From Paraspadella gotoi (lineage: Eukaryota; Animalia; Chaetognatha), in NCBI GenBank assembly GCA_051294375.1, contig CM119267.1, positions 9,015,709 through 9,079,708 on the forward strand: DNA of 64,000 nt, in the 5' to 3' direction. Below are positions 52,101 through 64,000 of the stretch, piece after piece. A model generated the notes under the pieces. That model worked only from the letters and a program-made list of their open reading frames with translations. It did not search any database and had not been told where the DNA came from. The translations under genes were made by a program, and so were the position numbers. Positions within the stretch are counted from its first letter, which is position 1. Every line of letters starts with the position of its first letter.

Positions 52101-55100
52101 ATCAAGTCGTAAATGCATCAAGATTTTCAGTAGTCAGATTCAAACGAAAATCGCTATTGAAAAAATGTGGAATCTTTTTCTCGAATAAAATAGACTTCTA
52201 TTACATGGTATTTTAGGTGGAATTGCTTTTCTCGGAATATGGTTGGTTGCTTTACAGCCGCAGAAGCATAACAAATATAAGGCACAATGATTTACTGTGA
52301 TCCGCTGGTTTTCTTCGTCCAAGTACCAATATTGACAACCCCCATTTTTTAATATTCCTTCAATTATAGCATCAACTGTCTTGTAATTTTCGCCTCTGAA
52401 TACGATGTTAATGTAAGGGGCAGTTGGAATGTTAAAAATATTTCCCCTTATCCAAAATTGATTCAATAGTTCACATAATCCCTGAACGGTTCTTCGCTTT
52501 ACATTGAGGCAAACATCATTGAATATTGACTTCAAGTTTAAGGCGTTAATGTATAGTTGAAAGAATTCTACCTAAACAAATGATATTTTTCAGGGTTTTG
52601 TATTTTAACCATGGTTTAAAAAAGGTTGCTCTTTGATGAATTACTAAATAAGAGACTATGGAAACAGCCAGGTTGTCTGTGATGCCGATTGGGATGGGGC
52701 ATCTCACTGTTGGCTTCAGGGGCTTCCTGTTGGACATAAACTTTAGCTAAACGTTTGATCAAAAATAAACTCATTTCTTGATGATCCAACGTTAAGCAAA
52801 AGTTTATGTCCAACCTTCAGTGGCGCCGCCTGCCAGTGGCGCCGCCTGCCACTGGCGCGGTTACCCTAGGACGATCTCACTTTGCCACCGGAGAAGGAAG
52901 TCGTTAGGACTGTAGATGGAACGAAACGCTTGGGATGGTGCGTTCCCCCTCTGAGCCAATGGGATTAACTGAACAATGGTGTGAATATACCGCCACAAGA
53001 CTTCAAAATTTAGACAAATTTCTCTGAAATCAGTTTCTTTTAAGAGTTTTCCTATTGTTAAATATTTTGAAGCTTGCCTGTAACGATTCCTCGGTATCTA
53101 TTTTTCCATTTTTTTATACACTGGATATGAGCATTTGATTTAGGTTTCTCTGTGTTCGCTGAGCAAATGAAATGTACGTGATTCTGGTCGTAGATTCCAA
53201 TAATTCTTTTTGCCTTGGTGATAACGAAAATATTTTTTAATCAAAGTGAGGTGCCGCGTCATGTACCAATTAGCTGGGTTTTAATTTTATTGCCAAACCT
53301 TCTGATTAAATCCCGTCGTAATGACTTTGTTTTTCCCCTTTCCATCAATGGCACAATAATTAATAGCTTTTCCTAAAAATGGAAATGCATAAATAAAAGA
53401 TTGATATGTGATCATTTCTCCTATGGACCTACCCTTTATCCAGGTTAAAATATTTTGATTAAGTTCGTTATAATTAACCAAGCGGACGGTTATTGTTCCA
53501 TTTACGTTAAACGATTTGCAAAAATTTTTGCTGTGAGACCAAGTCATTTTTCCCAAAGCGGTCAAATAGCACTTCGAATTGGATCTTGTAAAGGAAAAAC
53601 TACTTGCAATAGTTGTCATTCGCAGAAGCTCTTGGCATGCTTCACCCAATTCCCTCGAATACTCGCCGTTTTTGTTTCTCATTCGAGCTTGTGATTTGAG
53701 GCATATTTTTTTGAATACGGGCGTCATGGCGCATAAAGGAAGATCTTCACCGCCGCTTACTTTCTTCATTGCTTTTTTTGCCTGTATTTTGTCACTTCTT
53801 GTTTAAAACAAGTTATACGATTATGGCTTAAGCTAAGCCTATTTTTTATAACTTAACACGAACCTTTTTCCACTGTTTCTCGTTCAGACCGTTGCAACCA
53901 GGATTGCAAAGATAATCGTAAATGCCATTACAAAAATAATCTTTTGCGCCACGAACTCCACAGCATTTCATACTTTTTTGTAGAACTGCCATAATATATC
54001 GGTTTTTAGGGTTTTCCGAGAGTGCTTTTTTATCCAGTTCTTCCGCTATGTCTCTTTTAATAGAATATGTTATATCCAGTTGATAGGTGTAAATAGTAAC
54101 CGATAAAAGACATGGCAAAGTAATGCACAGCATGACGACATAAGCGTTCACAACGTTTCGTTTTTGTCGAAATTTAGTTAATGCACAAATTCCAAATATA
54201 GCTGGTATAATAGTATATTAAGTTGCAGCCATATTATAATTATTTCTATGACATACATTTCTAACCTTTTACTATTATAAAAGCTCCCAACGAAATCTCT
54301 ACAAAGAAAATCCTCCATGCTATTAGCTGTGCTTTGTCGAGATGGGTTCGAATATCCTTCTTAATCTCATTAAGGTCAAGCTTCCCGCCGGTATGTGTAG
54401 TAAAGTAACTCAAAGGGGGCACCCTTTTTATTATACTTGTGTTACTACCTTTTTGGAAGTTAAAATCCACGAGAGAAGAAAGTAATATCATACCTATTCC
54501 GACAAGTAGTAATAAGACATTGATGACTAAGGATACCTTGCTAAGGACTTGAAGCAAGTTTTTACAAACAAAGATGCACATTTTTTTAATAATATAATCA
54601 AAATATTTATTGTTCGAGTTAGAAGTAGGATGTATATGTAAGATAAAGGCAGTTTTTATGAACGATTCCGAAGGATTTTTTGTTGAACATGAGTCAAATA
54701 GCTGTGCACAGATTAAAAAATGTTTTAACCATCTTTTCCCTTCCCGTTTAGGTTTTTAATATGCCTCCGACGACGGGCGATGAAGATAAAACTATGAGCG
54801 TTTTTAGTTTGGACGCCGAAGGGAATATGGTCGAACTTCCTTTGCGAACTGAAATGCCGAAACCAACTCCAATTGAACCTCAAAGTAAGATCGTGTTTGT
54901 GATAAATTCATAATTTGGTTTACTGACTTTGAGAATAACTTTAGTTACCGAATCCATTCTTGACACAAATGCCTTTATGCCGGTCACTTTGGGTGAAGTT
55001 GTGGCCACACCTTCGACACACCACGACGATTCTGAAGAATCTTCTGGAATGGTTCCTGACATAGACGTTCCTGTTCGTCTCGGACCTAAGATTTTTCCTT

Positions 55101-56915
55101 GCAATTACGACGGTATGACTATGACTGATGTTTTACATCGTTCTCCATTTTCTAATCGAAGGAAAATTTGAAATTAGAAAGGAAAGTACTGTTGTTTACT
55201 TCAGGTTGTTCGTATATAACGAAGTATGCCAAGGATTTGCAACGCCATTTGCTTGTGCACACAGGCGAAAAACCTTTTATATGCGGCGAGTGTAAAAAAG
55301 CCTTCAATAGAATAGATAAATTAAAAATTCATCAAAGAATTCACTCTGGATTCAAACCATTCCGATGTCAGTTTTGCGCTTATGCCTGTAGCGAACGCAG
55401 CGCGATGAAAAAACATATGCGGACGCATTCGGACGACCGACCATTCAAGTGCATGATTTGTCCTTATGCGTCACGGAATTCCAGTCAACTGATTGTGCAT
55501 TTGAGAACTCACACTGGAGACGCGCCATTCCAATGTCACATCTGCGCTTCAAAGTTCAAAGTGAATTCAGACCTTAAGCGCCACATGCGAACTCATACTG
55601 GCGAAAAGCCTTTCAAGGTAATTAATGCCTTTGCACAATATGCGTAATTGCGTATGATATATCTGAAAAAATAAAAAATTAAATGGTTATATCTTGCTTT
55701 CAGTGTCCTCATTGTGAATATCGGTGCTCGGTGAAAAGTAATCTAAAGCCTCACGTCCAACTCAACCACGAACCGTCAGAACTTCAGAGATGTTTAGTTC
55801 CTGGTTGCGGATTCGAGACTAATACCAAGGGTGATTTCAAGGCGCATCAAAGGACTCACGCTAACTACAGGCAGACTCTGGCCCCAACAATATTGAACTG
55901 TTCCTTGTGTAACTACAAATGCTCCAACAAAACTAATCTCACCATGCACATGCAAACTGATCATTCCGCCGAGGGAAAAAAAACGATACAAGAGGTCCTT
56001 GAAAACGGACCTTTTATATGTACCTTCTGCCATTTCACGGCCAAATTTCAGGTAACTAAAAAAACGATCAGGTAAGCAGACGATCCGGTTATACAGACCA
56101 AGTTGACCCTAGACAAACAGTTGACCACAATCTGTGTTTAATATATTTCCTTCTAGACGAATCTTCGAAAACACGTGCGGAGAAATCATCCAGAGGCCTT
56201 TGCGTCGGCCAAGTCCGGACCACGTTCCAAGGACGGAACGAACGACAACAAAAAAAATTTCGCCGCCGCCGTCCTCGCCGCTGCCCTTCGCATTAAGAAG
56301 GGATCTCTTAAGAAAAAAGGCGGGGCCGTGCCTGTGGACAAAAAACCCTTTCAGTGCCTCTACTGCGGAAAGTCTTTTCTTCGGCAAGAGGCGCTAAACC
56401 TCCATTCCAAGTCTCACAAAGGCATCATCCTGGGTGAGGAAGTGACTTCGGAGGCCACCACCACGGAGCCTTTGCACGCCAATCACGTGCATGAAGATGT
56501 ACACGCGACCGAATCGGGCCTCATTAACGTCTCCGTCATTGGCTCGGACAAAGTAGCTTCTCTCTCCTCCCACGATCAAGGACCCATAATTCTTCAATCG
56601 TTGGGCGCCAACGAGGTTTCTCTGAAACCCGTGCAAATATTGACGCACAACCAAATGAACAATTCGGCTTTTACCGGCTCTATACTTCACGCGCCACATC
56701 CGGCGGAGGTTCAACATCATTCCCAACATTTTGCGCCCCATAATCTGATGGCGCTACCCACGCCTGGACCGTCGGGTCATATTACTTTGCAACATATGGG
56801 ACAACACATTCCTACGACATCTCATCATTTAATGGAACCGGCGCAACCCAATTTGCCCGTCGTTCAATCCGCCGATGGGCAAACGCACTACCTAATTATA
56901 CAACCTCATTCGTAG
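49107..56915 (+). CDS. ZFP64: C2H2 zinc finger protein, ZFP64-like, with a ~5.2 kb intron hosting a nested gene
   Basis: N-terminal DIHICGKCRLEFHNLESFLQHK; approximate exons 49107-49239, 49305-49531, 54752-54885, 54943-55112, 55205-55617, 55704-56051, 56157-56915; finger array YASRNSSQLIVHLRTHTGDAPFQC, FKVNSDLKRHMR. Confidence 0.85.
49702..54581 (-). CDS. Giant tetraspanin (~817 aa) with two C-type-lectin-like modules in EC2; nested antisense in the ZFP64 intron
   Basis: Phase-consistent open model: 54581-54266, 54201-53864, 53781-53433, 53372-53299, 53213-53078 (GC donor), 53000-52865, 52726-52645, 52571-52205, 51707-51515, 50164-49702 = 2454 nt. TM1-3, LQKSMKCCGVRGAKDY, terminal PGCAESLWMW, TM4 GIIVICLVVAIAIQIVITLAIV. 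Confidence 0.72.
50914..51050. mobile_element. 137-bp MITE
   Basis: 16-bp TIR gacacgatgcaagtta / taacttgcatcgtgtc; TSD gtaa; absent from the paralogous host repeat near 30005. Confidence 0.8.
52729..52814. repeat. 86-bp hairpin / micro-MITE in a tetraspanin intron
   Basis: 33-bp inverted arms gttggacataaacttt.gct.aacgtt.gatca with 3 mismatches; followed by a GC-rich 16-bp tandem/inverted motif at 52818-52854. Confidence 0.8.
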
Positions 56916-57093
56916 CTTTAGAAATTTTGAGCGATTGCGATTTTATCTGATTCTTAATTGATCATGAATTCCTTTGGTTGATAATGTACATAATTATTCT
57001 CGACATAGATTCGTTAATTTTTTTATAATATTTGTTGACATTTTTTCCCTCATTTCTAGTACTTATTGGTTAAGGCTTTGATCACTGGCAGTG

Positions 57094-59358
57094 ATGGATA
57101 GTTTGAGCGCCACTTTGTCCAGCTTGCGACTGGAAACTCCCGAGGAACAAAAGAAAATCACCATTCTGCAACGTCCTAAGGGTAAGGGTGGGTTAATATT
57201 AAAAATTAAATCACAGAGAATAGCTAATTTTGTCACTTTTTCGAATTCTATTAGATTTCTTAACATTTTCTAAGCGCATAAACTTAATATTATTTTTTTT
57301 TAATGTTTAACGCATAGTCATTCGAGACGATGTGTCGAGAGGTATTTTTAATAGGGGTTGACTGTGTATTAATTATTACATTTTCGAAAAGACATTTTAC
57401 TAGAACAATCCACGGATTCTCCGAAGAGTGATCAATCGCCTTCAGAAAACAATGAGCCACAGGAGAAATGCAAGTCATCAGACTCGCCTAGCGAGAAGGC
57501 CGAAACGAAGTTAGCCTCTCCAGCCGAAACTGGGAGCGAAAACATAAATCCAGATAGCGAGCAAAACGTAAGACGTCGTCTTCAGTTGGAATGTCAGAAT
57601 ACTTCCAGAACACGTTATGCGCAGGCGTTTTCTGATCGGGGTAAAAATCAAACACATTTATGTTTATGGATTGTCTTGACAGAATATGTTAATAACTGCC
57701 ATATTGAATAAAGGTGACCTGGTTATGGCTGAGCAAATTAAGGATAGACGCCCGCTGTTGCTTCGAACGACCGAAGACTCTCCTTTTAAAGACTGGGGAT
57801 TGATGCAGGCAGAGTGGTTGAAGAGCATTCCAGTCGACTTCGAAGAGGAATGGATTGTCGTACCATGCCCTGTGGGAAAAAGGTGTAGTCTCTGGGCTTT
57901 GGAGAGCGAGACTTACTCCTACACGAAGCAAGGTGAAAATGTGTGAACGGGCGTGATTCGATCGAGCGAGTTACTCATCGCCCTTTTCTCGCCATTTTTC
58001 CTTCCTCTCCGCATCATCTCCTTAGGTTTTTTTCTTCAGGGATTCGAGAGCATTCTTCCTAACGGACATTACTACTCCTACGAAGATGGTTCTACCTTTC
58101 TCGACGCAATCTACGTGGAAAATCTTTCTACCTATTTCGTTCTTGATTGTTTGCAGGTTCTGATCGCGTTGTGTCGTGAAACATATTCAAATTTTACCTA
58201 ATTTTTTCCCTCACCACTCCACATTTCACAGTGGCAGAGTTTTGATCTTCGCGATTGCTCCGCTCAATTTCGTCTGTTTTATCTAAACACAAAGATGAGC
58301 GAGTGTAACCCAGCTGATTTTCCGCGGCGTGCGCAGGAGCGGTTCTCCCAATTCATAATGCCGCTTCCTGTATTTCCTTGTTCGGCGCTAGGAGTCAAAA
58401 AAGCTCTGGAATGGCAACCCTTGCCACAATTGCGTTTAGAATGGGGTAAAAATGTGCTTCTTTGTTCAATACCCTATTTTTCTGTTTATAAATTTGTGTA
58501 AAATCTGTAGACGGGCTTTTGTTCTATCACAAACAAGGCGCCTATAGCGCCGGAACCACGCCCCTTGTCGCGTGGATTAAAGCTTGGATGGCCGACGAGA
58601 TATTTTCTAACGTGGAAATTTCGCCAAAATTATTGGAAAGGTAAACGATCAGTTTATGGTGGACTAAAATCCACCAACCGTTCATCAGCGGCCATTGGTG
58701 CAGGAGGCAAGTCATTCACCTCCCAACCCAAAGGTCCGGGGTTCTAGCCCGGTGGTCGCCTAGCAGTTAAGAGGGACGGGGTGCTTAACCCGCCTGTAAC
58801 ACGGTGTAACAGCCTGATCCGAAGCACAGGGAATGCTTATATTGACTCAAAACAATTATTAATGTCTCTTCAAGTTGTAAATTTGTTCTTCCTATACTTG
58901 TCGGTTCGCTTCGAAATCGGCATTTTCTCCCATGCAGAAAACCTCGTCTTTACAAGAATTACCAAACTTATATGAAAGAGTGGGACGAAAGAGAGAGTCG
59001 AAAGCTTGCTAAAGCGGCAGAACGCACTGGACGTAAAGCTTTGAGTCATTCTTCTCCCAACATCGAACGGGGTCGCGGCTCAAAGGGCGCCGCGTCGTGC
59101 GAGAAAGTCGAAGCCAAGAGCGAGGACGACGACGACGACCAAGCCGATCCGCCGTTGGTGGACGACCCTGCCTTGCGAGAAATCGCCCTGAAAGCTACCG
59201 ACTCGGACAATGCGTTGCTTTCGTTAGTGGGAAATAACATTCTCGATACGTTTGACAATCGAGACGAAAATAACTTTGAGCAATGGAGACGCAAATCATG
59301 CTCGAGTCGAACTGACCAAAATACCCCCGAGGAAACGCTTCGCTTAGCTGATCCTTAA
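57094..59358 (+). CDS. SNUPN: Snurportin-1 (m3G-cap snRNP import adaptor), multi-exon
   Basis: IBB-like EQNVRRRLQLECQ; LMQAEWL...WIVVPCPVGKR; FLDAIY...YFVLD; DGLLFYHKQGAYSAGTTPLVAWIK. Confidence 0.9.
58655..58872 (+). mobile_element. Repeat A copy 3, in a SNUPN intron
   Basis: TATGGTGGAC...TGTCTCTTCA with TSD agtt on both sides. Confidence 0.82.
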
Positions 59359-59835
59359 TTCTTGTCAATATTTATACTGACGCGTACGAGTGTTTTTATT
59401 TTAGATTTAACAGTTAAGTTTTATCGTTTTGTCTTAATTTTACTTAGTTTACATAGTTTTCTTGTAAAAAGATAATGCCAGAATAAAAAATCGTTTTGTA
59501 TTGCTTGATTGACATAGGAATTAGTATAAATAATTCTGTATAGTTTTTATCTCCACTGGTTCGAATTATTATTGGCACTTTCTTTTTATGATGTATTTTC
59601 TTTTTTGTTACCGCTAAATATATTCACGGGATAATCCTGTGATCATTCGTCTTTCAAGTCAGTAATTCACTTCATTTTACTAAGCTTACATGCTCGACAA
59701 TAGCTTTATGAGAATTAATTTAATAACTGATGTAAGAACTGAATTTCTTAATGCATACATTTACATGTATACATTATACATTAAGTAAGCCTTATTCTTT
59801 TCTACTGTTTGTGTTAAAAGTATAATGAAGTTGGA

Positions 59836-62800
59836 ATGTCTGCGCATATTTTTCTTTACTTTAAGTTCTCCATATCTCACCAAATGTGGAATCAAAGATT
59901 TTCCTCACAAAACAATGAAGTTCCTCGGCACCAACCCGTTTCTCCCCGGTTTCGAGGATCGTATCACCGTTTTCAGGCTCCTAAAAATTTGTGTTCACCG
60001 CGCCAATATCATTCGGGACATTATACGAAAAGGGGCCAGCAGTACCGTTCGAAAAATAACCTTAACCCAACTCACAATAACCATAATTTCAACAATGAAC
60101 GAATGGAAAACAAAAAATCTTCTGATCTACCCGTTGAAACCCAAAAAGCGAAACCTCAACCTGTACCCAAAGACGTCCGCCCAGCCGTTTCAAGCGAATA
60201 CTCATCAATAAGCTCTCAGTATACATTAAAACCGAAAGCCTCTACAGGTTCCTCTCGAAGCAGTCCGGTCGAGTCGACGGGTGGTGTTACACCGGCAAAA
60301 AAATCGAAGATGACGGCGAAGAAGTTAAAGGTTAAAGCTGTTCTATAAGCATAGAAATCAGATATACATACAGTACTTTAGTTTTCAATTTTTTTGATTC
60401 TTTCAGGTGACTGTTCGTCCAAAACCCAGTCAGAAGAATTCACGTATTGACATGGATACGTTGTCGAAGTTCGCGAATGGTGAGGCCACCGGCAGAGTGG
60501 AAAAGTTGCTCGTTGGCGATCTGCCGCAGAAAGGCTTCGACTTATCAAAGAGGATCAACCGAATCGCACATCCGGGCAAGCAGCAGCTTCAGCTGACCGA
60601 GGACGAGCAGAGAGACATCACCGCGATTTTAGAGATGGAGAAGATGGATGGCGATCGACTCGGGCAAGAGTCATTAACCACGGAAGTCGTCAAACAGAAA
60701 AAACGTCGGAAATCAAAGTCGGAGCCTTCGGGAACGACGAAAAAGAAAAAAGTTATAGGTGAGGGATCGAGCACTGCTTCCTCCCCAACAGAGGCGCCCA
60801 TTGAAGGACCCGCGGGCACAATTGATTTGACGCTTGAATCAGACGCCGTCTCTCCGTCGGCCGAGGAAAAAGAAGCTTCAATAAAAGAAATGCGTTCTTG
60901 CGTTTCTGGCAGCGAAGCGTTGCCGACATCAGCGTTGATATCTAGCTCGGAAGCGGCGGTGAAAAGGGGAACCGAAACGGCGATATTCGCCAACCTTCTT
61001 TCCGAACAGATCGAAATTTCCGTTGAGGAGGGAAAGTTGCAGGATGAATTCGATGCGCTATTGCAACGACATGCTTTTCTCGTTCAAAAGTTTCGTTGCT
61101 TAGGGGATCGGAAGAAAACTGTCCTGGAACGCCTTAGAACTTTCGCGGCGACGAACGGAGGTGGAGCACGGGAAGCTGAAAGCTGCGAATTAGCTGGCGA
61201 GACCGGTACTCCCACTGATCGTCCCGATAGACCAAACAGCGCGGACTTCGCCGAAGTGACGCGTGACCTAAATACAATCGACGACGATGACGAAATTGAC
61301 GCCGACGACGGCAACGAAGAACCTCAGGAAACGTCTCGAACCCTTGACGGAAGTGTGATAAAGATGGAAAGTTCAACTCACGTTGTTTCAACTTCGCCCA
61401 CTTTGCCCACCGAAGAAGGTTGTATATCCATGGAGAGCAGGGTCGGCTTAGTTGTTCAAGTTCAAGTCTTGAATGACGAGGTTTTTGTCGCTGCGGGAAA
61501 AGTCGTTTGGGTCTTCGACGTTTCCACGTCGAAGGTTTCCAAAAAATTCGAGGAACATGCGGAGGATGTTACGTGTTTTACTCTCAAGTCTGCTGAACCC
61601 AGTTTGCTGTTTACTGGTTGCGGCGACGCCCATCTTCGGGTCTTTCAGCTGAACGATCGCAGTCTTTTGCGATGTATTTATTTAGGCGAAGTGGTGAGGT
61701 GAGTTTGAAATGATCTAAAGTCAGACTGACTTATTAATTTTCAATTCTGATCCAGAAATACGCTTTCTGAGGCTTGGACGTTTCCTTCCTTTATCTCCAA
61801 CGATTGGCGAATAAGTTGCATGGTAAACGGATTTGGCAAAACATTTGTCGGACTGTGTAATGGATTGGTTCAAGTCATCAGTATTAAAAAACTTATGTTT
61901 AGTTACACGTGAGTATCATGTAACTAGAATTTTTTAGGCTGCGACCGGCGCCAAATGTCGGATATGCTAAATTACTCAATTTTACTTCCACAACAGGCTT
62001 AAGGGCGGGGACGGAGTTAATGGTGTGACAGCGGTTTTCACGTTCCACGAAGGCTCTCAGAAGATAGTCGTTATTGGATGTGAGGATAAATGCGTTTATT
62101 TGCGTGATTTTTTCACGGGAGTTCTGTTCAGGTAGCGATTGTAGTTTTGTGCAACACTCGGGAGAAAATAAAAATCAATCCCTGTTTTTAACCCAATGCC
62201 ATAAAATTTAGTATGCGTTTCGATCATGTCATATTCCTTTGGTTTTTTTTTTACAGAACGGTATCTGGGCTGGCGACCAATCCGCGTTTATTGCGCTTGT
62301 CAGCCTACGTCAGCCGAGGGTCGAAGCTTTTTTTACCAACTTCTACGGGTCTCTTTTGTTACGATGCTCATCACCCGACACATTATATCCAGATTGGATC
62401 TTTTACTGGTGAGTGAGCTGCGATGTCTCGAAAGTTGGGATATGTCATGTGTCATATGTCATTCACAGTTTGCGAATTATTTTTGCAGGATTTTCTCCGT
62501 CGGCCTTCGCGCTGACTGCCGACGACTCTGCTCTGATTGGTGGAAAAGGCATGATAATTATTCTCTCGCTTTATGGAACTTCGAACCCAGGCAACGGCCT
62601 CATATTTTTGACAGATTTTTCGGATTGGGTCACCTCCATCGCGTCGTCAGGAACTATGGTGAGTTTTTCTGATAAAATTATAAAAATCGTCGTTAACTAA
62701 AATTTGAAAAAATTAGGTATATTACGGATACCGCGAAGGTGGTGTCAAAAGATTGGACATTTCCTCTATAGAAAGACACTCCTGTGGTTGGGCTTCTTGT

Positions 62801-62974
62801 CAACTTGTTTTTGCAAGGCACTCCGATCTTCGAATTCATTTGCATCGGCATCATTTGAGATTGGGCGATAAGAAGAGTCGGGTCATTCGATGCCTGTGGG
62901 GCTCTTGCAATCAATGGCTTACTCTTGGGGAGCAAAACACGGACTTTGCTCATTTGGAAACGCATCTCGGATAA
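59836..62974 (+). CDS. ZNF106: ZNF106-like protein (disordered N-terminus, coiled coil, WD40 repeats, two C-terminal C2H2 fingers)
   Basis: Coiled segment EQIEISVEEGKLQDEF; WD40 FEEHAEDVTC...LFTGCGDAHLRVF; C-terminal CGWASCQLVF...HLHRHH and CLWGSC...HLETH; start codon uncertain (59836 or 59884). Confidence 0.75.
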
Positions 62975-63116
62975 TGCATAACGGATAATAAGGACTTTTT
63001 TGTTGAGCACGATTGTGCCTGTGATTGTCGCCTGTGATTTCATTTGGCTCCTTTTTTTACATGTTTTTTTCTATAATGTTATCGTTTTTGTAGACGCAAT
63101 CCTAAAGTTGAAGGCG

Positions 63117-63554
63117 ATGCCAAAAGGATCAATTCCTCATCCTCAAAGCAGCGACGAGACTATTCGACCCTTTGCCAATGGCACGATCTCGGAAGGTGAA
63201 GGAAGAGGAGAAAGCGGCGCCACAGATTTAGCGCGAGATGCCGCTCCCGACGTTGTTGTGGACCAAATAATTTCCATCGAGCCTCGCTTCGTCCCTGAAC
63301 GAATTTCGCCACCGTCAACCAGAAAGCGAAAGCGCATTCTCATGGAGGATCACGCTCGAACCAGTGGCTTTGATAAATCCTTTGTTCCAGAAAAAATCGT
63401 CGACGCCTCGGAAGCTTCCGGCGAACTCATGTTTCTCTTGAAATGGACCCACTCGCATAGTTTGGAGTGGGTCTCTGCTCGACAAGCGAACGTCAAGTGC
63501 CCGAAAATGGTCATCGGGTTTTACGAGAATCGTCTCGGCTCTGTAAAAGATTAA
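63117..63554 (+). CDS. HP1-type chromoshadow-domain-only protein (145 aa)
   Basis: RKRKR basic hinge, then GFDKSFVPEKIVDASEASGELMFLLKW...VSARQANVKCPKMVIGFYENRL; no chromodomain upstream. Confidence 0.82.
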   Translation: MPKGSIPHPQSSDETIRPFANGTISEGEGRGESGATDLARDAAPDVVVDQIISIEPRFVPERISPPSTRKRKRILMEDHARTSGFDKSFVPEKIVDASEASGELMFLLKWTHSHSLEWVSARQANVKCPKMVIGFYENRLGSVKD

Positions 63555-63671
63555 AATAAAATTTTGATTGAACTTTCCATTGTTTATTTATTTAGCTCTT
63601 CATTGATAGTTTCACCAGTTTGTTTTCGTAAGTTTTTTGTTAATTAAAAGTGAAAGAAAAACTTTGGGAAA

Positions 63672-64000
63672 ATGTCAATGGAAGTTGACGACGACTCAGC
63701 TTCGGCCGTCTCCGGCGGGGAAAAAGGAAACAAGAAGCGCTTCGAAGTAAAGAAATGGAACGCCGTCGCCTTGTGGGCTTGGGACATTGTCGTCGATAAT
63801 TGTGCCATTTGCCGCAACCACATCATGGATCTCTGCATCGAGTGTCAAGCAAATCAGGTGGCGATTTTCTTCCTAAAGATAAATTATTGATTTCTTTATA
63901 CTGATTATATTCATTATATGTATTGTTACCACTTACTGCATCTCATTCTAGGCTTCGGCTACGAGCGAAGAATGCACGGTGGCTTGGGGAATTTGCAACC
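63672..64000 (+). CDS. RBX1: RING-box protein 1 (runs off window end)
   Basis: [42 protein letters not shown], intron 63858-63951, then [16 protein letters not shown]. Confidence 0.98.

Noticed and set aside
52616-52813. ORF read as an extra discoidin-like exon
   Set aside because: Its 5' half is an inverted-repeat hairpin; the alternative frame from 52726 fits stronger downstream splice sites

Overview
AT-rich animal (invertebrate-type) genomic scaffold with short introns, N gaps and microsatellites; no prokaryotic features. All gene models and names below come from manual translation and motif recognition; no database search was run. Left half: a multi-exon AUTS2/FBRSL1-family gene (+; includes a probably artefactual ~2.7 kb tandem duplication), a secreted animal heme peroxidase (+), an OFA-like MFS transporter and ETFA (-), and a small secreted PAN-like protein gene spanning a repeat-rich region (+). 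Centre: an intronless ATP8B-type P4-ATPase. Right third: eight tightly packed co-oriented + strand genes (SIRT2-like, TMEM216, CCDC57, ZFP64-like, SNUPN, ZNF106-like, a chromoshadow-only ORF, RBX1) with 41-477 bp stop-to-start gaps, suggesting an operon resolved by trans-splicing. Most unusual: (1) a nested antisense 10-exon gene in the ZFP64 intron encoding an ~817-aa tetraspanin whose large extracellular loop is expanded to ~530 aa and holds two C-type-lectin-like modules; (2) a ~230-bp solo-LTR-like repeat with 4-bp TSDs and an embedded tRNA-like sequence, repeatedly nested in a second LTR-like repeat; (3) a chromoshadow ORF one base away from being spliced onto ZNF106.
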